DNA from: Escherichia phage EC167 | Sequence record: ON185587.1 | DNA: 50,988 nucleotides | Direction: 5' to 3' (one strand) | Shown here: positions 9,942 through 20,217 of the stretch, one piece after another | Layout: each line of letters starts with the position of its first letter | How positions within the stretch are numbered: position 1 is the first letter of the stretch | Translations under genes and position numbers: made by a program | The notes under the pieces: model-generated | Told to the model about the DNA's origin: nothing | Databases searched by the model: none | Seen by the model: the letters and a program-made list of their open reading frames with translations, nothing else

Positions 9942-10604
9942 ATGCATTTACCAAATGGATCGCAAATTTTCGTTGAGAGCAATCGCGGAAGCGAAATCCA
10001 AGCAACAGCAGTGTCAAACGCCAAAGATCCTGTTTTCACTGTTGCATCTGGCGGCACTGCGTACAAGAAAGGTGATTATGTGATCATCACTGCGTCTTCT
10101 TGGGGTAAGCTGATTGATCGTGTTATGCGTGTAAAGGCTAACGGTGAAGAAACAAGCGTGACTCTTGAAGGTGTAGATACTACTGATCCGAACGTTTTCC
10201 CGACTGGCGGTACTGCATCTTTTGCCAAAATTGATGCATGGACTGAGATCCCTTGCGTTCAAGATTTGTCGCAGGACGGCGGCGAACAGCAATACTACAC
10301 TTATCAGTGTTTGGCAGACGATCAGGAACAGCAGTTACCTACCTATAAGAGCGCCGTTTCTCTTACCTACACTTTTGCGCACGAATACGATAACGCGATC
10401 TATCCGTTACTTCGTGCAGCAGATGAATCCGGCGCTGTAACGGCGCTTCGTATGTATGTACCAAAAGCAAAAGAGATGCGTTGCTGGGCTGGCGTCCTTT
10501 CGTTCAACGAGATCCCACAGACCACGGTTAACGAAATGGAGACTGTTTCCCTTTCTGTATCCCTGAAAGGTCGATTCACCTTCCTACCTTCTCAAGTAAC
10601 ATAA
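9942..10604 (+). CDS. major tail protein
   Basis: 220 aa, strong RBS AAAGGAG, followed by a strong terminator and then the chaperone/tape-measure genes. Confidence 0.6.
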   Translation: MHLPNGSQIFVESNRGSEIQATAVSNAKDPVFTVASGGTAYKKGDYVIITASSWGKLIDRVMRVKANGEETSVTLEGVDTTDPNVFPTGGTASFAKIDAWTEIPCVQDLSQDGGEQQYYTYQCLADDQEQQLPTYKSAVSLTYTFAHEYDNAIYPLLRAADESGAVTALRMYVPKAKEMRCWAGVLSFNEIPQTTVNEMETVSLSVSLKGRFTFLPSQVT

Positions 10605-10608
10605 TAAC

Positions 10609-10633
10609 AAGGGGCGTTGCGCCCCTTTTTTTG
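10609..10633 (+). terminator. intrinsic terminator after major tail gene
   Basis: GGGGCG-TTGC-GCCCC followed by TTTTTTTTG. Confidence 0.7.
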
Positions 10634-10670
10634 TTACTGTACAATCATGCTACACGATTCATAATCAATT

Positions 10671-10691
10671 CTTTTAACAAAAAGTGCTATC
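10671..10691 (-). promoter_or_regulatory. conserved intergenic motif, inverted, directly upstream of chaperone RBS
   Basis: Plus strand reads CTTTTAACAAAAAGTGCTATC then AAGGAG RBS. Confidence 0.4.
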
Positions 10692-10703
10692 AAGGAGAAA
10701 AAA

Positions 10704-11021
10704 ATGTCAAAAATGAAATTGACTCTTGGGCCGCTTCCTGACTTTAAATTACCAGTGAAATTTGCAATGCCTAACGGAGAAGATCAAACAATTGTATTTA
10801 CGGTTCGTCATCGCAAAACAAGTGAGATTCACGAGCGATACACTTCGGACAATCCAATGAGCGATGTTGAAATGATCACCTTCCTTGCTTCCGGTTGGAA
10901 TCTTGATGATGAATTTAACGAAGAAAATATTAAACAGCTTCTTGATTATTACCCAGCAACAGCAATTGGGTTAACTAGCGCATATATGAAAGCGCTTGCG
11001 GGGCAGCGAGTAAAAAACTAA
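10704..11021 (+). CDS. tail assembly chaperone (G-like)
   Basis: 105 aa ORF immediately upstream of tape measure; ends just after an A-AAA-AAC slippery heptamer. Confidence 0.7.
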   Translation: MSKMKLTLGPLPDFKLPVKFAMPNGEDQTIVFTVRHRKTSEIHERYTSDNPMSDVEMITFLASGWNLDDEFNEENIKQLLDYYPATAIGLTSAYMKALAGQRVKN

Positions 11022-11332
11022 AAAGGGCGGTTTACCTGTTTTATCAGAAACCGCCGACAGATGCAGAGCTTGAGGCCGTTGGCCTTACAAGGGCAGACTA
11101 TGAAGGAGAAGATCCGCCAGAGGTTATATTTGATGAAAGCATGATGCAATCATGGGATATATTTTGCGCAATGCAAACGCAATGGAGATGTTCAGGCGGT
11201 GGCGCTTACGGATTTGATTATAATGTCTTGCCTATGCTTTTTGAGATTTACAAGGTTGAGGATCGCGAGATGGCGCTAAACGACTTGCGAGTCATGGAAC
11301 AAAAAGCACTTGAAATGATGCATTCAAAATAA
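10704..11332 (+). CDS. tail assembly chaperone GT-like fusion via programmed -1 frameshift
   Basis: Slippery A_AAA_AAC about 11011-11017, 1-2 codons before the G stop; the -1 frame is open from there to the stop at 11332 and contains the ORF-track 11141-11332 ORF. Confidence 0.6.
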
Positions 11333-11355
11333 GCGCCTGCGGGCGCTTTTTTATT
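11332..11355 (+). terminator. hairpin + U-tract upstream of tape-measure RBS
   Basis: GCGCC-TGC-GGGCGC followed by TTTTTTATT. Confidence 0.5.
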
Positions 11356-11371
11356 ACCTGGAGGATTAACA

Positions 11372-14044
11372 ATGTCAGAACAATACGCAGGCTTGACGCT
11401 TGGGGTTGACGTTTCTCAACTCAACAATGCTGTAAAGTCTTTGCAGCAATTAAAGAAGGCAAACGACGACGCAAAGGGAAGCGTTGAGGGTTTTGTTGAT
11501 TCCGAGGTTGTTGCAAGGCAAAGAGCCAAACAATTGGCTGAGGAGTTGGCAAAGCAGAAACAAGAATTTAAAGCAATTCAGTCGGCAATAGATCCGACAG
11601 CAAGCAAAATGGATAAGTTGCGCCATGCTGCGACACAGCTTGATGCGCTTTGGAAAAAAGGCATTGTGCCGGATGATACATTCTTTGAGTTAGGATCAAT
11701 TCTTGAGACGCAGCAAAATAAACTAATCGCAACTAAGAAGGCGCTAACTGAAGAAGGCCGCGCGGCGATTGAGGAAGCAAAAAATAAGGCAAGAGCAGAG
11801 GCTGAGGCAAGAAAGTTTATTGCGGCATTGCAGGCGCAAGCTGACGCAGCGGAAAAAACAAAATCAGAGCTTGTCGAAATGAGAGCCGCACAACTTGGAG
11901 TTAGTGCAGAGGCCGCGCCATTTATTGCAAAAATGAAGGAGCAGGAAAAACAAGCCTCAAAACTTGGCGTTTCTATGGGGCAATATAAGCAAGCAATGGC
12001 GCAATTGCCAATGCAGATCACTGATGTTGTTACTTCTCTTGCTTCAGGTATGCCAGTATGGATGGTTGCAATCCAGCAGGGCGGGCAAATCAAGGACTCA
12101 TTCGGCGGTGTTGCTAATACGTTTAAAGTTCTAATGACATTTGTCACGCCTTTAAGTGTAGGAATGACGGCACTGACTGGTGCGCTTGGTTATGCTGCAT
12201 ATAATGCATACAAAGCAAATGCGCAACTGAAGGAGATCACAAAAACCGTTCAGGAGGCAACTGGTCTTTCTGGTGATTTTGCGGAGCGGATTGCAACTGG
12301 AATCCAGGCGCTATCTGACAAGACAGGTGAGAGCGCCGACAATCTGGCAAAGGCATACATAAGCACTAAGGATGGAGCAACCGAGGCCATACAAAAACTC
12401 GTCGATGTTGGATTTACCTATGACGAAGCAAAGGCAAAAGTAAACGAATACAAAAACGCATCAAGTTTTGTAAGTCTTAACAATGAAATTGCTGATCACA
12501 AAAACAAGGTTCTTGAGCTTGGCGATTCATGGTATGCGGTCTTAAAAGCAAAACGTGATTATGCTTCACCGTCAGGCGGGCTGTTGGGGAAAGAGCTTGG
12601 TTATGTGAATCCAATGCTGCAATTTGCGAAGAACACCTATGAGGATATAGGAAAGATCGTAAAAGATGCGAATAAGGATATGGCAGAACGAGCAGCACGC
12701 ATCGACAGAGAAAACCTTTCCTTAAACAGAGTGCGAGCGGCGCAAGAGGCTTTAAACAAAGCCATTGAAGATCAGAAAAATGTAGCAAGGACAGCAGACG
12801 AAGAGTTGAAAAAACGAGCGGCTGAGAACGTGGAGTTCAGGCGAAAAGAGCTTGAAGAGGCGAAGAAGGCGCAGCAGCAAAAGGAGAAAGTTGGTGGAGT
12901 TGTAAAAGCACCAACAGAGCAGCTTGATAAGGAGCTATATGTTCTCAAGGCGCAACTTGAAACTCTGAAAGAGCACCGAACTGTAAATGATGTTATTTCA
13001 CGCCAGAGGCAATCTTTGTGGAGCATTGAAAAGCAGATCCAGATCCTTGAGGAAGCGCAAAGCAAGCGCAAGCTGACAGGGGCGGAACAGGCGCTACTTA
13101 ACGAGCAAAAAGCTGTTCTTGCTATGGCAAAAGAAAATGCCGAGATAGGCGATCAGATTGTTTTGCAACAGAGAAAGAATAAGCAATATCGGGACGGGCT
13201 TAAATTCATTCAGCAAACATCAGATGCTATTGACGCTATGAACTTGCGACAGTCTGGAGCTACAGATCTGCAAATCCAGCGAGAGCTTGAGTTGAAGAAG
13301 TTGCGAACTGATTATGTTGCTGGCGGCGGTAGTATCGACGATGAAATTTATCAGCAGATGGAAGCAAAGCTGAAGGAGTATTACGCCACTGAGGATCAGC
13401 TTAGAAATAATTGGATTGCAGGAGCAAAAAACGCATGGGAGGTTTACGGACAAGATGCAATGGATATGTACGGCAACGTGCAAGATATTGCAAGCGAGGC
13501 GCTCAACGGCCTAACCAACCAAATGGCTACATTCCTTGCAACAGGTAAGGCAAACTTTAAGAGCTTTGCAACGTCAATCATCCAAATGATTATTCAGATG
13601 ATCACAAAGATGGTTATCTTTAATGCCATATCTGGTGCGATTGGCGGTGACACTTGGACGATTGGAAGTCTTCTTAAAAATGTTGGATTTGCAACTGGTG
13701 GATACACTGGCGACGGCGGGAAGTATGAGCCAGCAGGTGTTGTCCATAAAGGCGAGTTTGTCATGACGAAGGAGGCCACGAAGCGGATCGGGGTTGGAAA
13801 TCTTTACAAAATGATGCGCGGTTATGCAAATGGCGGCGTTGTTGGCGGCACTTCATACACTGGAGGAGGAGTTTCATCTGGAGCAACAAATCTTAATATT
13901 GGCGGGATCAGCGTTGATATTAACAACGGAAGCGATCCGAAAGGGTTGGAGACTGGCGTAAAAATGATTTTCACTGATATGATTAAGCGTTCCTGTACGC
14001 AGGGTGGGGAAGTTTACGAATTTGTTATGTCTAAGCGGGGGTGA
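11372..14044 (+). CDS. tail tape measure protein
   Basis: 890 aa, extensive coiled-coil N-terminal half, Gly-rich C-terminal segment, position after G/GT. Confidence 0.85.
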   Translation: MSEQYAGLTLGVDVSQLNNAVKSLQQLKKANDDAKGSVEGFVDSEVVARQRAKQLAEELAKQKQEFKAIQSAIDPTASKMDKLRHAATQLDALWKKGIVPDDTFFELGSILETQQNKLIATKKALTEEGRAAIEEAKNKARAEAEARKFIAALQAQADAAEKTKSELVEMRAAQLGVSAEAAPFIAKMKEQEKQASKLGVSMGQYKQAMAQLPMQITDVVTSLASGMPVWMVAIQQGGQIKDSFGGVANTFKVLMTFVTPLSVGMTALTGALGYAAYNAYKANAQLKEITKTVQEATGLSGDFAERIATGIQALSDKTGESADNLAKAYISTKDGATEAIQKLVDVGFTYDEAKAKVNEYKNASSFVSLNNEIADHKNKVLELGDSWYAVLKAKRDYASPSGGLLGKELGYVNPMLQFAKNTYEDIGKIVKDANKDMAERAARIDRENLSLNRVRAAQEALNKAIEDQKNVARTADEELKKRAAENVEFRRKELEEAKKAQQQKEKVGGVVKAPTEQLDKELYVLKAQLETLKEHRTVNDVISRQRQSLWSIEKQIQILEEAQSKRKLTGAEQALLNEQKAVLAMAKENAEIGDQIVLQQRKNKQYRDGLKFIQQTSDAIDAMNLRQSGATDLQIQRELELKKLRTDYVAGGGSIDDEIYQQMEAKLKEYYATEDQLRNNWIAGAKNAWEVYGQDAMDMYGNVQDIASEALNGLTNQMATFLATGKANFKSFATSIIQMIIQMITKMVIFNAISGAIGGDTWTIGSLLKNVGFATGGYTGDGGKYEPAGVVHKGEFVMTKEATKRIGVGNLYKMMRGYANGGVVGGTSYTGGGVSSGATNLNIGGISVDINNGSDPKGLETGVKMIFTDMIKRSCTQGGEVYEFVMSKRG

Positions 14045-14100
14045 TAGTGAAACTTGAGCAATTCAAATGGTGCACGCAAACGCAAGGAGGCGGCGGCACT

Positions 14101-14397
14101 ATGACCACATCAAATAACGACAGGGAAATCTCATTTGGTAATGGTTACACGCAGGTTGCGTCAGGAGGGTTTAACACGGTACGCAGGGAGTTTTCCATTG
14201 TCTATGTTGGCAAGGATTACAGAGACGTTGTTGACTTCCTGGATGGACACAGGCTGAAGCCGTTTTTATGGTTTATGCCTGACGGTCAACCTGGTCTATT
14301 CAGGGTAAAATCTGGTAGCGTTGGATTAACTCCAATATCAGCAACCGTTCAGGAAGTGAAAGCAACATTTACTGAGCAATTTACATCAATGCAATAA
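14101..14397 (+). CDS. minor tail protein (lambda M-like)
   Basis: Strong RBS AAGGAGG before ATG at 14101 (ORF-track start 14041 is GTG extension); position after tape measure. Confidence 0.55.
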   Translation: MTTSNNDREISFGNGYTQVASGGFNTVRREFSIVYVGKDYRDVVDFLDGHRLKPFLWFMPDGQPGLFRVKSGSVGLTPISATVQEVKATFTEQFTSMQ

Positions 14398-14399
14398 TT

Positions 14400-14426
14400 C
14401 AAGCCGCCTTTGTGCGGCTTTTTTAT
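14400..14426 (+). terminator. intrinsic terminator-like hairpin
   Basis: AGCCGC-CTTTGT-GCGGCT followed by TTTTTTATT. Confidence 0.55.
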
Positions 14427-14458
14427 TGATGATACAATGCACGAAAGGAGGTGCAATT

Positions 14459-15220
14459 ATGGCTAATGAAACAACAGGTCGCGCGGATCTTGAAAATTGT
14501 CTGCAAAGCCTTTACCCTGGCGAGATTATCACGCTAATTGAAATTGACGGCACAAAGTTTGGCGCAAACATTTACCGCATACACAATGAGAACATCTCAT
14601 ACACTGCGGAAGAATTGTTGCAGGCGCGAGAAACTGGAGTTCTCCCGCCGAAAGAGATTACATTCCGTGGTGAGGTTTACGGCGCGCGCCCGTTCGGAAT
14701 ATCTGGAATCAACTTCACAAGCAACGGAAAGGCTGATAAGCCACAATTGATACTATCAAACCTTGACAGCCAGGTGAGCGCGATGATTCGCAACTTTAAC
14801 GGCATGATGCAAGCTAAGGTTACAATCTGGATCACGCCAGCGGAATTAATGGGTAAAGATGGCAGCATTAAAGACGGAGCTTCAAGAAAGCTGGTTTACT
14901 ACATTGAGCGCCCAAGCCATTACAATAGAATGATGGCGAAATTTGACCTGACATCGCCTTATGATATGGATGGAATAATGATTCCTCCGCGAATAACTCA
15001 AAGCGTTTGTTATTGGGCGCAGCGTGGATGGTATCGAAGCGGAAAAGGTTGCGGATACAATGGATCGCGAATGTTTGACAAAGACAACAATCCTGTAACC
15101 GATCCATCTCAAGACTTTTGCGCAGGAACTGTAACAGCGTGCAAACTTCGTTTTGGTGCAGATCAGCAGCTTGATTTTGGCGGTGCACCAGTAGCAAGCC
15201 TGTTAAGGAGAAATCAGTGA
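14459..15220 (+). CDS. minor tail protein (lambda L-like, Cys cluster)
   Basis: RBS AAGGAGG before ATG 14459; C-terminal four-Cys region (CYWAQ..GCGY..FCAG..TAC) as in lambda L. Confidence 0.6.
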   Translation: MANETTGRADLENCLQSLYPGEIITLIEIDGTKFGANIYRIHNENISYTAEELLQARETGVLPPKEITFRGEVYGARPFGISGINFTSNGKADKPQLILSNLDSQVSAMIRNFNGMMQAKVTIWITPAELMGKDGSIKDGASRKLVYYIERPSHYNRMMAKFDLTSPYDMDGIMIPPRITQSVCYWAQRGWYRSGKGCGYNGSRMFDKDNNPVTDPSQDFCAGTVTACKLRFGADQQLDFGGAPVASLLRRNQ

Positions 15221-15951
15221 TGATTAGTGCAAAAATAAAACTTGAAATAATGCAGCACGTAAAAGATGAATACCCGCGCGAGGCGTGCGGTGTTATCACT
15301 CAAAAATCACGCGTGCAAAAATACCACCGCATAACCAACGTGCATGATGATCCTGAAAATCATTTTGAGATGGACGCAATTGAATACGTTGAAGCGTGTG
15401 AAAGTGGCGAGCTTATTGCTGTTGTACATAGCCACACTGGAGACGGGGCAAGTACAATCCCAAGCGCCCATGACACATGCATGTGTGATGAAATGGGGGT
15501 TTCATGGGTTATTGTGTCATGGCCTGAAGGTGATATGAGAATCATTGAGCCTGAATCTCGTCCTCTGATTGGTCGCCCGTGGTCGCTTGGGGCGTATGAT
15601 TGCTGGGGGCTTATTATGGCATGGCACAAGCAACATGGTGTTATCCTGAATGATTTCAGGAAACCATATGAATGGTGGAAGCCTGAGCACGGTGAAAATC
15701 TTTACCAGGAAAATTATCTGAAAGAGGGTTTTGTTGAAACAGGAGAGCCGCCAAAACCTGGTGATATGGTTATCTTTCAGCTTTCCGCGCCAGTGTGGAA
15801 TCATGCAGGCATTTATCTTGGCAACAATCAGTTGCTTCATCATGCCTTTGGCAAGTTGTCAAGGGTTGATTTGTATTCTGGATGGTATCAGGAACATGCA
15901 AAAATTGTTTGTAGACATAAGGATCTGAAATATGACTTTGAAGGTAATTAA
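15220..15951 (+). CDS. tail assembly protein (lambda K-like; MPN/JAB + NlpC/P60)
   Basis: JAMM-like HSHTGDGASTIPSAHD motif and C-terminal Cys/His papain-like segment (YDCWGL...H); overlaps L-like stop. Confidence 0.7.
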   Translation: MISAKIKLEIMQHVKDEYPREACGVITQKSRVQKYHRITNVHDDPENHFEMDAIEYVEACESGELIAVVHSHTGDGASTIPSAHDTCMCDEMGVSWVIVSWPEGDMRIIEPESRPLIGRPWSLGAYDCWGLIMAWHKQHGVILNDFRKPYEWWKPEHGENLYQENYLKEGFVETGEPPKPGDMVIFQLSAPVWNHAGIYLGNNQLLHHAFGKLSRVDLYSGWYQEHAKIVCRHKDLKYDFEGN

Positions 15952-16528
15952 GTTATCTGGATCTTTAGGCAGAAGATTTGGAGTATTTCATAAGCTGGCT
16001 GTTGACTCATACCCTGAAGCAATCCGCGCACTATCTTCGCAGGTGGAAGGATTCAAGGACTACATGCAAAGCGAAGTAGGATCGCGAATGCGTTACGCTG
16101 TATTTGTTGATGGCAAGAACGTTGGACAGCACAATGAAAAAGCGTGGAAATGTGCAAAGGAAGTGAGGATTATTCCAATCCCAACAGGTTCAAAGTCTGG
16201 TGGGTTGTTTCAGGTTGTTCTTGGGGCGGTTATTATGGCGACTGCATTTTTTACTGGTGGAGCTTCACTTGCTTTGATGGGTGCCTTTGCATCGTCTGCT
16301 TTCATGATGGGTGGCGCTATGGTACTTGGCGGTGTAATGCAAATGATCTCACCGCAGCAAGGAGGATCAAGATTGTCATCCCAATCAGCAGAAAACAAGC
16401 CGTCTTATGCTTTCGGCGGCGCTGTCAACACAACGGCAGCAGGATACCCAATACCATTGCCATATGGTCAAAGGACCGTTGGCGGTGCTATCTGGTCGGC
16501 TGGAAGCTATGCAGAGGATAAGGCTTAA
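15932..16528 (+). CDS. tail assembly protein (lambda I-like)
   Basis: 198 aa, overlaps K-like gene, hydrophobic Gly/Ala-rich C-terminal half; position before J. Confidence 0.55.
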   Translation: MTLKVIKLSGSLGRRFGVFHKLAVDSYPEAIRALSSQVEGFKDYMQSEVGSRMRYAVFVDGKNVGQHNEKAWKCAKEVRIIPIPTGSKSGGLFQVVLGAVIMATAFFTGGASLALMGAFASSAFMMGGAMVLGGVMQMISPQQGGSRLSSQSAENKPSYAFGGAVNTTAAGYPIPLPYGQRTVGGAIWSAGSYAEDKA

Positions 16529-16534
16529 TATAAA

Positions 16535-16563
16535 AGAGTCGCGCGTTGCGCGGCTTTTTTTTT
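16535..16563 (+). terminator. intrinsic terminator-like hairpin before J
   Basis: GTCGCGCG-TTG-CGCGGC followed by T9; then GCCCGTATAAT promoter-like -10. Confidence 0.55.
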
Positions 16564-16608
16564 GCCCGTATAATTCAACAAATCAAATAGCACAAAAGGT
16601 GAAAAGGC

Positions 16609-19600
16609 ATGGCTGAAAATATGATAACTGGCAGTAAGGGGGGATCATCAAAACCTTATGTGCCGAAAGAGATGGAAGATAACCTGATCTCAATAAACAA
16701 AATCAAAATCCTTCTTGCCGTTTCCGATGGCGAGTGCGATCCAGATTTCACGCTTCGCGATCTGTATCTTGATGATGTTCCTGTAATTGCAGACGACGGA
16801 ACTGTTAACTACCAGGGTGTGAGCGCAGAGTTTCGCCCAGGTACACAGACTCAAGATTACATCCAGGGATTTACTGACACGTCAAGCGAAGTGACGCTGG
16901 CGCGTGACATTACTACGTCAAATCCTTATGTAATTTCTGTAACCAACAAAACATTATCTGCTATCAGAATAAAAATGCTAATGCCAACAGGCATTAAGCA
17001 AGAGGATAACGGCGATCTTGTCGGCGTTAAGGTTACTTATGCTGTTGATGTGGCTGTTGACGGAGACTCTTACAAAGAAGTATTGCGAGACACTATCGAA
17101 GGTAAAACTCGCTCCGGTTACGACAGAAGCAGAAGGATTGACCTTCCGGCATTTAATGATCGAGTATTACTTAGGGTTAGAAGGGTTACGGCAGACAGCA
17201 CATCTTCTCGTGTTACTGATCTTATTAAGCTACAAAGTTACGCTGAGGTTATTGATGCAAAATTCCGTTATCCTCTGACTGGTCTTGTATACGTTGAATT
17301 TGACAGTGAGTTGTTCCCTAACCAGATCCCTAACATTTCAATCAAGAAGAAATGGAAGTTAATTAATGTTCCGAGCAATTACGATCCGGTAATGCGAGAG
17401 TATCACGGTTCATGGGATGGTACTTTCAAGAAAGCGTGGTCGAACAATCCGGCGTGGGTTCTTTATGACATTATCACAAACCAGCGATACGGATTAGATC
17501 AGCGAGAACTTGGCGTGCAGGTTGACAAATGGAGTCTTTACGAAGCGGCGCAATACTGCGATCAGAAAGTGCCGGATGGAAAAGGCGGTACAGAGCCGCG
17601 TTATCTATGCGACGTTGTGATTCAAAGCCAGATTGAGGCTTATCAGCTTATTCGTGACATTTGCTCTATCTTCCGTGGAATGAGCTTTTGGAATGGAGAG
17701 AGCTTGTCAATAGTTATTGATAAACCACGCGATCCATCTTACATCTTCACAAATGATAACGTTGTTGATGGGGATTTTCAGTATACGACAGCAAGCGAAA
17801 AGAGCATGTACACACAGTGCAACGTGACGTTCGACGACGAGCAAAACATGTATCAGCAGGACGTCGAAGGCGTGTTTGATACTGAGGCAGCACTACGCTT
17901 TGGATACAATCCTACAAGCATAACAGCGATCGGATGTACGCGCAGGAGTGAGGCAAATCGGCGCGGTCGATGGATACTAAAAACCAACTTGCGCAGCACT
18001 ACTGTAAACTTTGCTACTGGCCTGGAAGGGATGATCCCATCAATAGGTGATGTGATTGCTGTTGCTGACAACTTTCACAGCAGCAACCTGAAGTTAAACC
18101 TATCAGGTCGCGTGATGGAGGTTTCCGGTTTGCAGGTGTTCGTTCCGTTTAAGATTGACGCGCGACCAGGTGATTTCATTATCATCAACAAGCCTGACGG
18201 AAAGCCAGTTAAGCGCACAATCTCAAAGGTAAGCGGTGACGGAAAAACCATTGAGTTAAACATTGGGTTTGGATTTGAAGTTAAACCGGACACGGTTTTT
18301 GCAATCGACCGCACTGATATTGCATTGCAGCAATACGTTGTAACGAGTATCGGCAAAGGTGATGATGATGATGATGATGATGAATTTACAACGGCTGTTG
18401 AATATGACCCGAACAAATACGACGAGATTGATTATGGAGTAAACATTGACGACAGGCCAACTTCAATTGTCCAGCCTGACACAATGGCAGCGCCTGAAAA
18501 TGTGCAAATATCCTCCTACTCGCGAATTGTCCAGGGTGCAAGCGTTGAAACAATGGTTGTGTCGTGGGATAAAGTACCTTACGCATCGCTGTATGAAATG
18601 CAGTGGCGAAAAGGTGATGGCAACTGGCTGTATACGCCGCAGACAGCTAACAAAGAGATAGAGGTAGAAGGAATTTATTCAGGGAACTATCAAGTAAGGG
18701 TTAGATCTGTTTCTGCAAGCGGTAACACCTCCCCGTGGTCAAAGATTGCAACCGCCACCCTGATAGGTAAAGTTGGCGAGCCAGGAGCGCCGATTAATCT
18801 TACAGCTTCTGATAATGAAGTTTTTGGCATTCGTGTCAAATGGGGTATGCCGGAAGGATCAGGCGATACGGCTTACATTGAGCTTCACCAATCTCCAGAC
18901 GGAACGGTTGAAAACTCAAGCCTGCTTACGCTGATTCCATATCCTCAATATGAGTATTGGCATAGCACGTTACCAGCGGGTCAAGTTGTATGGTATAGAA
19001 TCCGTAGCGTTGACAGGATCGGCAACGTTTCCGGCTGGACTGACTTTGTTCGCGGCATGGCGTCAGATGATGTTGAATCTGTTTTAGGCGACATTCTGGA
19101 CAAGATTTTTGATACCGAAGCGGGTCAAGAAATCAAAGAGAACGCCATAGACAGTGCAAACAAAATCAAAGACCAGGCGCAATCAATCATCCAGAACGCA
19201 TTGGCAAACGATGCTGATGTGAAGTGGACGCGAGTACAAAACGGAAAGCGTAAGGCTGAATATGGTCATGCACTGGAGCTTATTGCTACCGAAACGGAGG
19301 CGCGCGTAACTCAAATCGAAGAGTTAAGGGCGTCAATTGATAAAGATATAGTTTCAAGTATCAAAACCGTTCAGGAAGCGATTGCCAACGAATCAGAGAC
19401 GCGAGCTACTCAAGTTCAGCAGCTTGATTCTAAATTTACAAAGGAAATAGACGGCGTAAAACGAGATACGGCTGCAAGTATTGGCGAGGTAAGGCAAACC
19501 ATTGCCAATGAATCAGAAGCGCGCGCTCAGGCCGTTCAGCAGCTTGACGCTAAGTTCACGAAAGAGATAAACGACCTTGACGGAGTTATCAAAACAGAAG

Positions 19601-20187
19601 TCGAGGCTAACATCTCAGAAGTGAAACAGGCGATCGCCAATGAGACAGAGGCAAGGGTTCAGGCTGACCAGGCTTTAACAGCCAAATTTGGAGACGTTGA
19701 ATCTGCATTAGCTCAAAAACTTGATTCGTGGGCCAACGTTGATTCGGTTGGCGCTAAGTACGCTATGAAATTGGGCCTTACTTACAAGGGGCAGAAGTAC
19801 AGCGCAGGCATGATCATGCAGTTGTCGCAATCTTCTCAAGGCCTGATCTCGCAAATCTTGTTCGATGCTAACAGGTTCGCGATCATGACTAGCTCTACTG
19901 GCGGTACGTTTACATTGCCTTTCGTTGTTGAAAACAACCAAGTTTTCATTAACAGCTTGTTAGTGAAAAACGGGTCCATAACGAATGCCATGATTGGAAA
20001 TGTTATTCAGTCAAACAATTTTGTTCAAAATCAGCAAGGTTGGAGGCTTGATAAAAACGGAATATTTGAAAACTACGGATCAACTCCAGGAGAGGGAGCT
20101 ACTAAATTCACCAACGAAGGATTGAAGGTAAAAGATGCAAACGGAGTATTGAGGGTTGAAGTCGGAAGGATTACCGGAAGCTGGTAA
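16609..20187 (+). CDS. central tail fiber / host specificity protein (lambda J-like)
   Basis: 1192 aa; J-type conserved core (WSNNPAWVLYDIITNQRYGLD), FN3-like region, poly-Asp linker, C-terminal tandem ~40-aa coiled-coil repeats. Confidence 0.85.
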   Translation: MAENMITGSKGGSSKPYVPKEMEDNLISINKIKILLAVSDGECDPDFTLRDLYLDDVPVIADDGTVNYQGVSAEFRPGTQTQDYIQGFTDTSSEVTLARDITTSNPYVISVTNKTLSAIRIKMLMPTGIKQEDNGDLVGVKVTYAVDVAVDGDSYKEVLRDTIEGKTRSGYDRSRRIDLPAFNDRVLLRVRRVTADSTSSRVTDLIKLQSYAEVIDAKFRYPLTGLVYVEFDSELFPNQIPNISIKKKWKLINVPSNYDPVMREYHGSWDGTFKKAWSNNPAWVLYDIITNQRYGLDQRELGVQVDKWSLYEAAQYCDQKVPDGKGGTEPRYLCDVVIQSQIEAYQLIRDICSIFRGMSFWNGESLSIVIDKPRDPSYIFTNDNVVDGDFQYTTASEKSMYTQCNVTFDDEQNMYQQDVEGVFDTEAALRFGYNPTSITAIGCTRRSEANRRGRWILKTNLRSTTVNFATGLEGMIPSIGDVIAVADNFHSSNLKLNLSGRVMEVSGLQVFVPFKIDARPGDFIIINKPDGKPVKRTISKVSGDGKTIELNIGFGFEVKPDTVFAIDRTDIALQQYVVTSIGKGDDDDDDDEFTTAVEYDPNKYDEIDYGVNIDDRPTSIVQPDTMAAPENVQISSYSRIVQGASVETMVVSWDKVPYASLYEMQWRKGDGNWLYTPQTANKEIEVEGIYSGNYQVRVRSVSASGNTSPWSKIATATLIGKVGEPGAPINLTASDNEVFGIRVKWGMPEGSGDTAYIELHQSPDGTVENSSLLTLIPYPQYEYWHSTLPAGQVVWYRIRSVDRIGNVSGWTDFVRGMASDDVESVLGDILDKIFDTEAGQEIKENAIDSANKIKDQAQSIIQNALANDADVKWTRVQNGKRKAEYGHALELIATETEARVTQIEELRASIDKDIVSSIKTVQEAIANESETRATQVQQLDSKFTKEIDGVKRDTAASIGEVRQTIANESEARAQAVQQLDAKFTKEINDLDGVIKTEVEANISEVKQAIANETEARVQADQALTAKFGDVESALAQKLDSWANVDSVGAKYAMKLGLTYKGQKYSAGMIMQLSQSSQGLISQILFDANRFAIMTSSTGGTFTLPFVVENNQVFINSLLVKNGSITNAMIGNVIQSNNFVQNQQGWRLDKNGIFENYGSTPGEGATKFTNEGLKVKDANGVLRVEVGRITGSW
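18361..18381 (+). repeat. (GAT)7 trinucleotide repeat encoding poly-Asp linker in J
   Basis: Seven perfect GAT codons followed by GAA; read directly from sequence. Confidence 0.9.
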
Positions 20188-20217
20188 AAAAAAGGGGGCA
20201 TAGCCCCCTTTAATTTT
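20186..20217. terminator. bidirectional terminator between J and the minus-strand RBP cassette
   Basis: A8-GGGGGC-ATA-GCCCCC-TTTAATTTT; U-tract on both strands. Confidence 0.7.

Noticed and set aside
11578-13779. Several minus-strand ORFs inside the tape-measure gene
   Set aside because: Low-complexity Ala/Ser-rich translations of the antisense strand of a coiled-coil gene; not independent genes.
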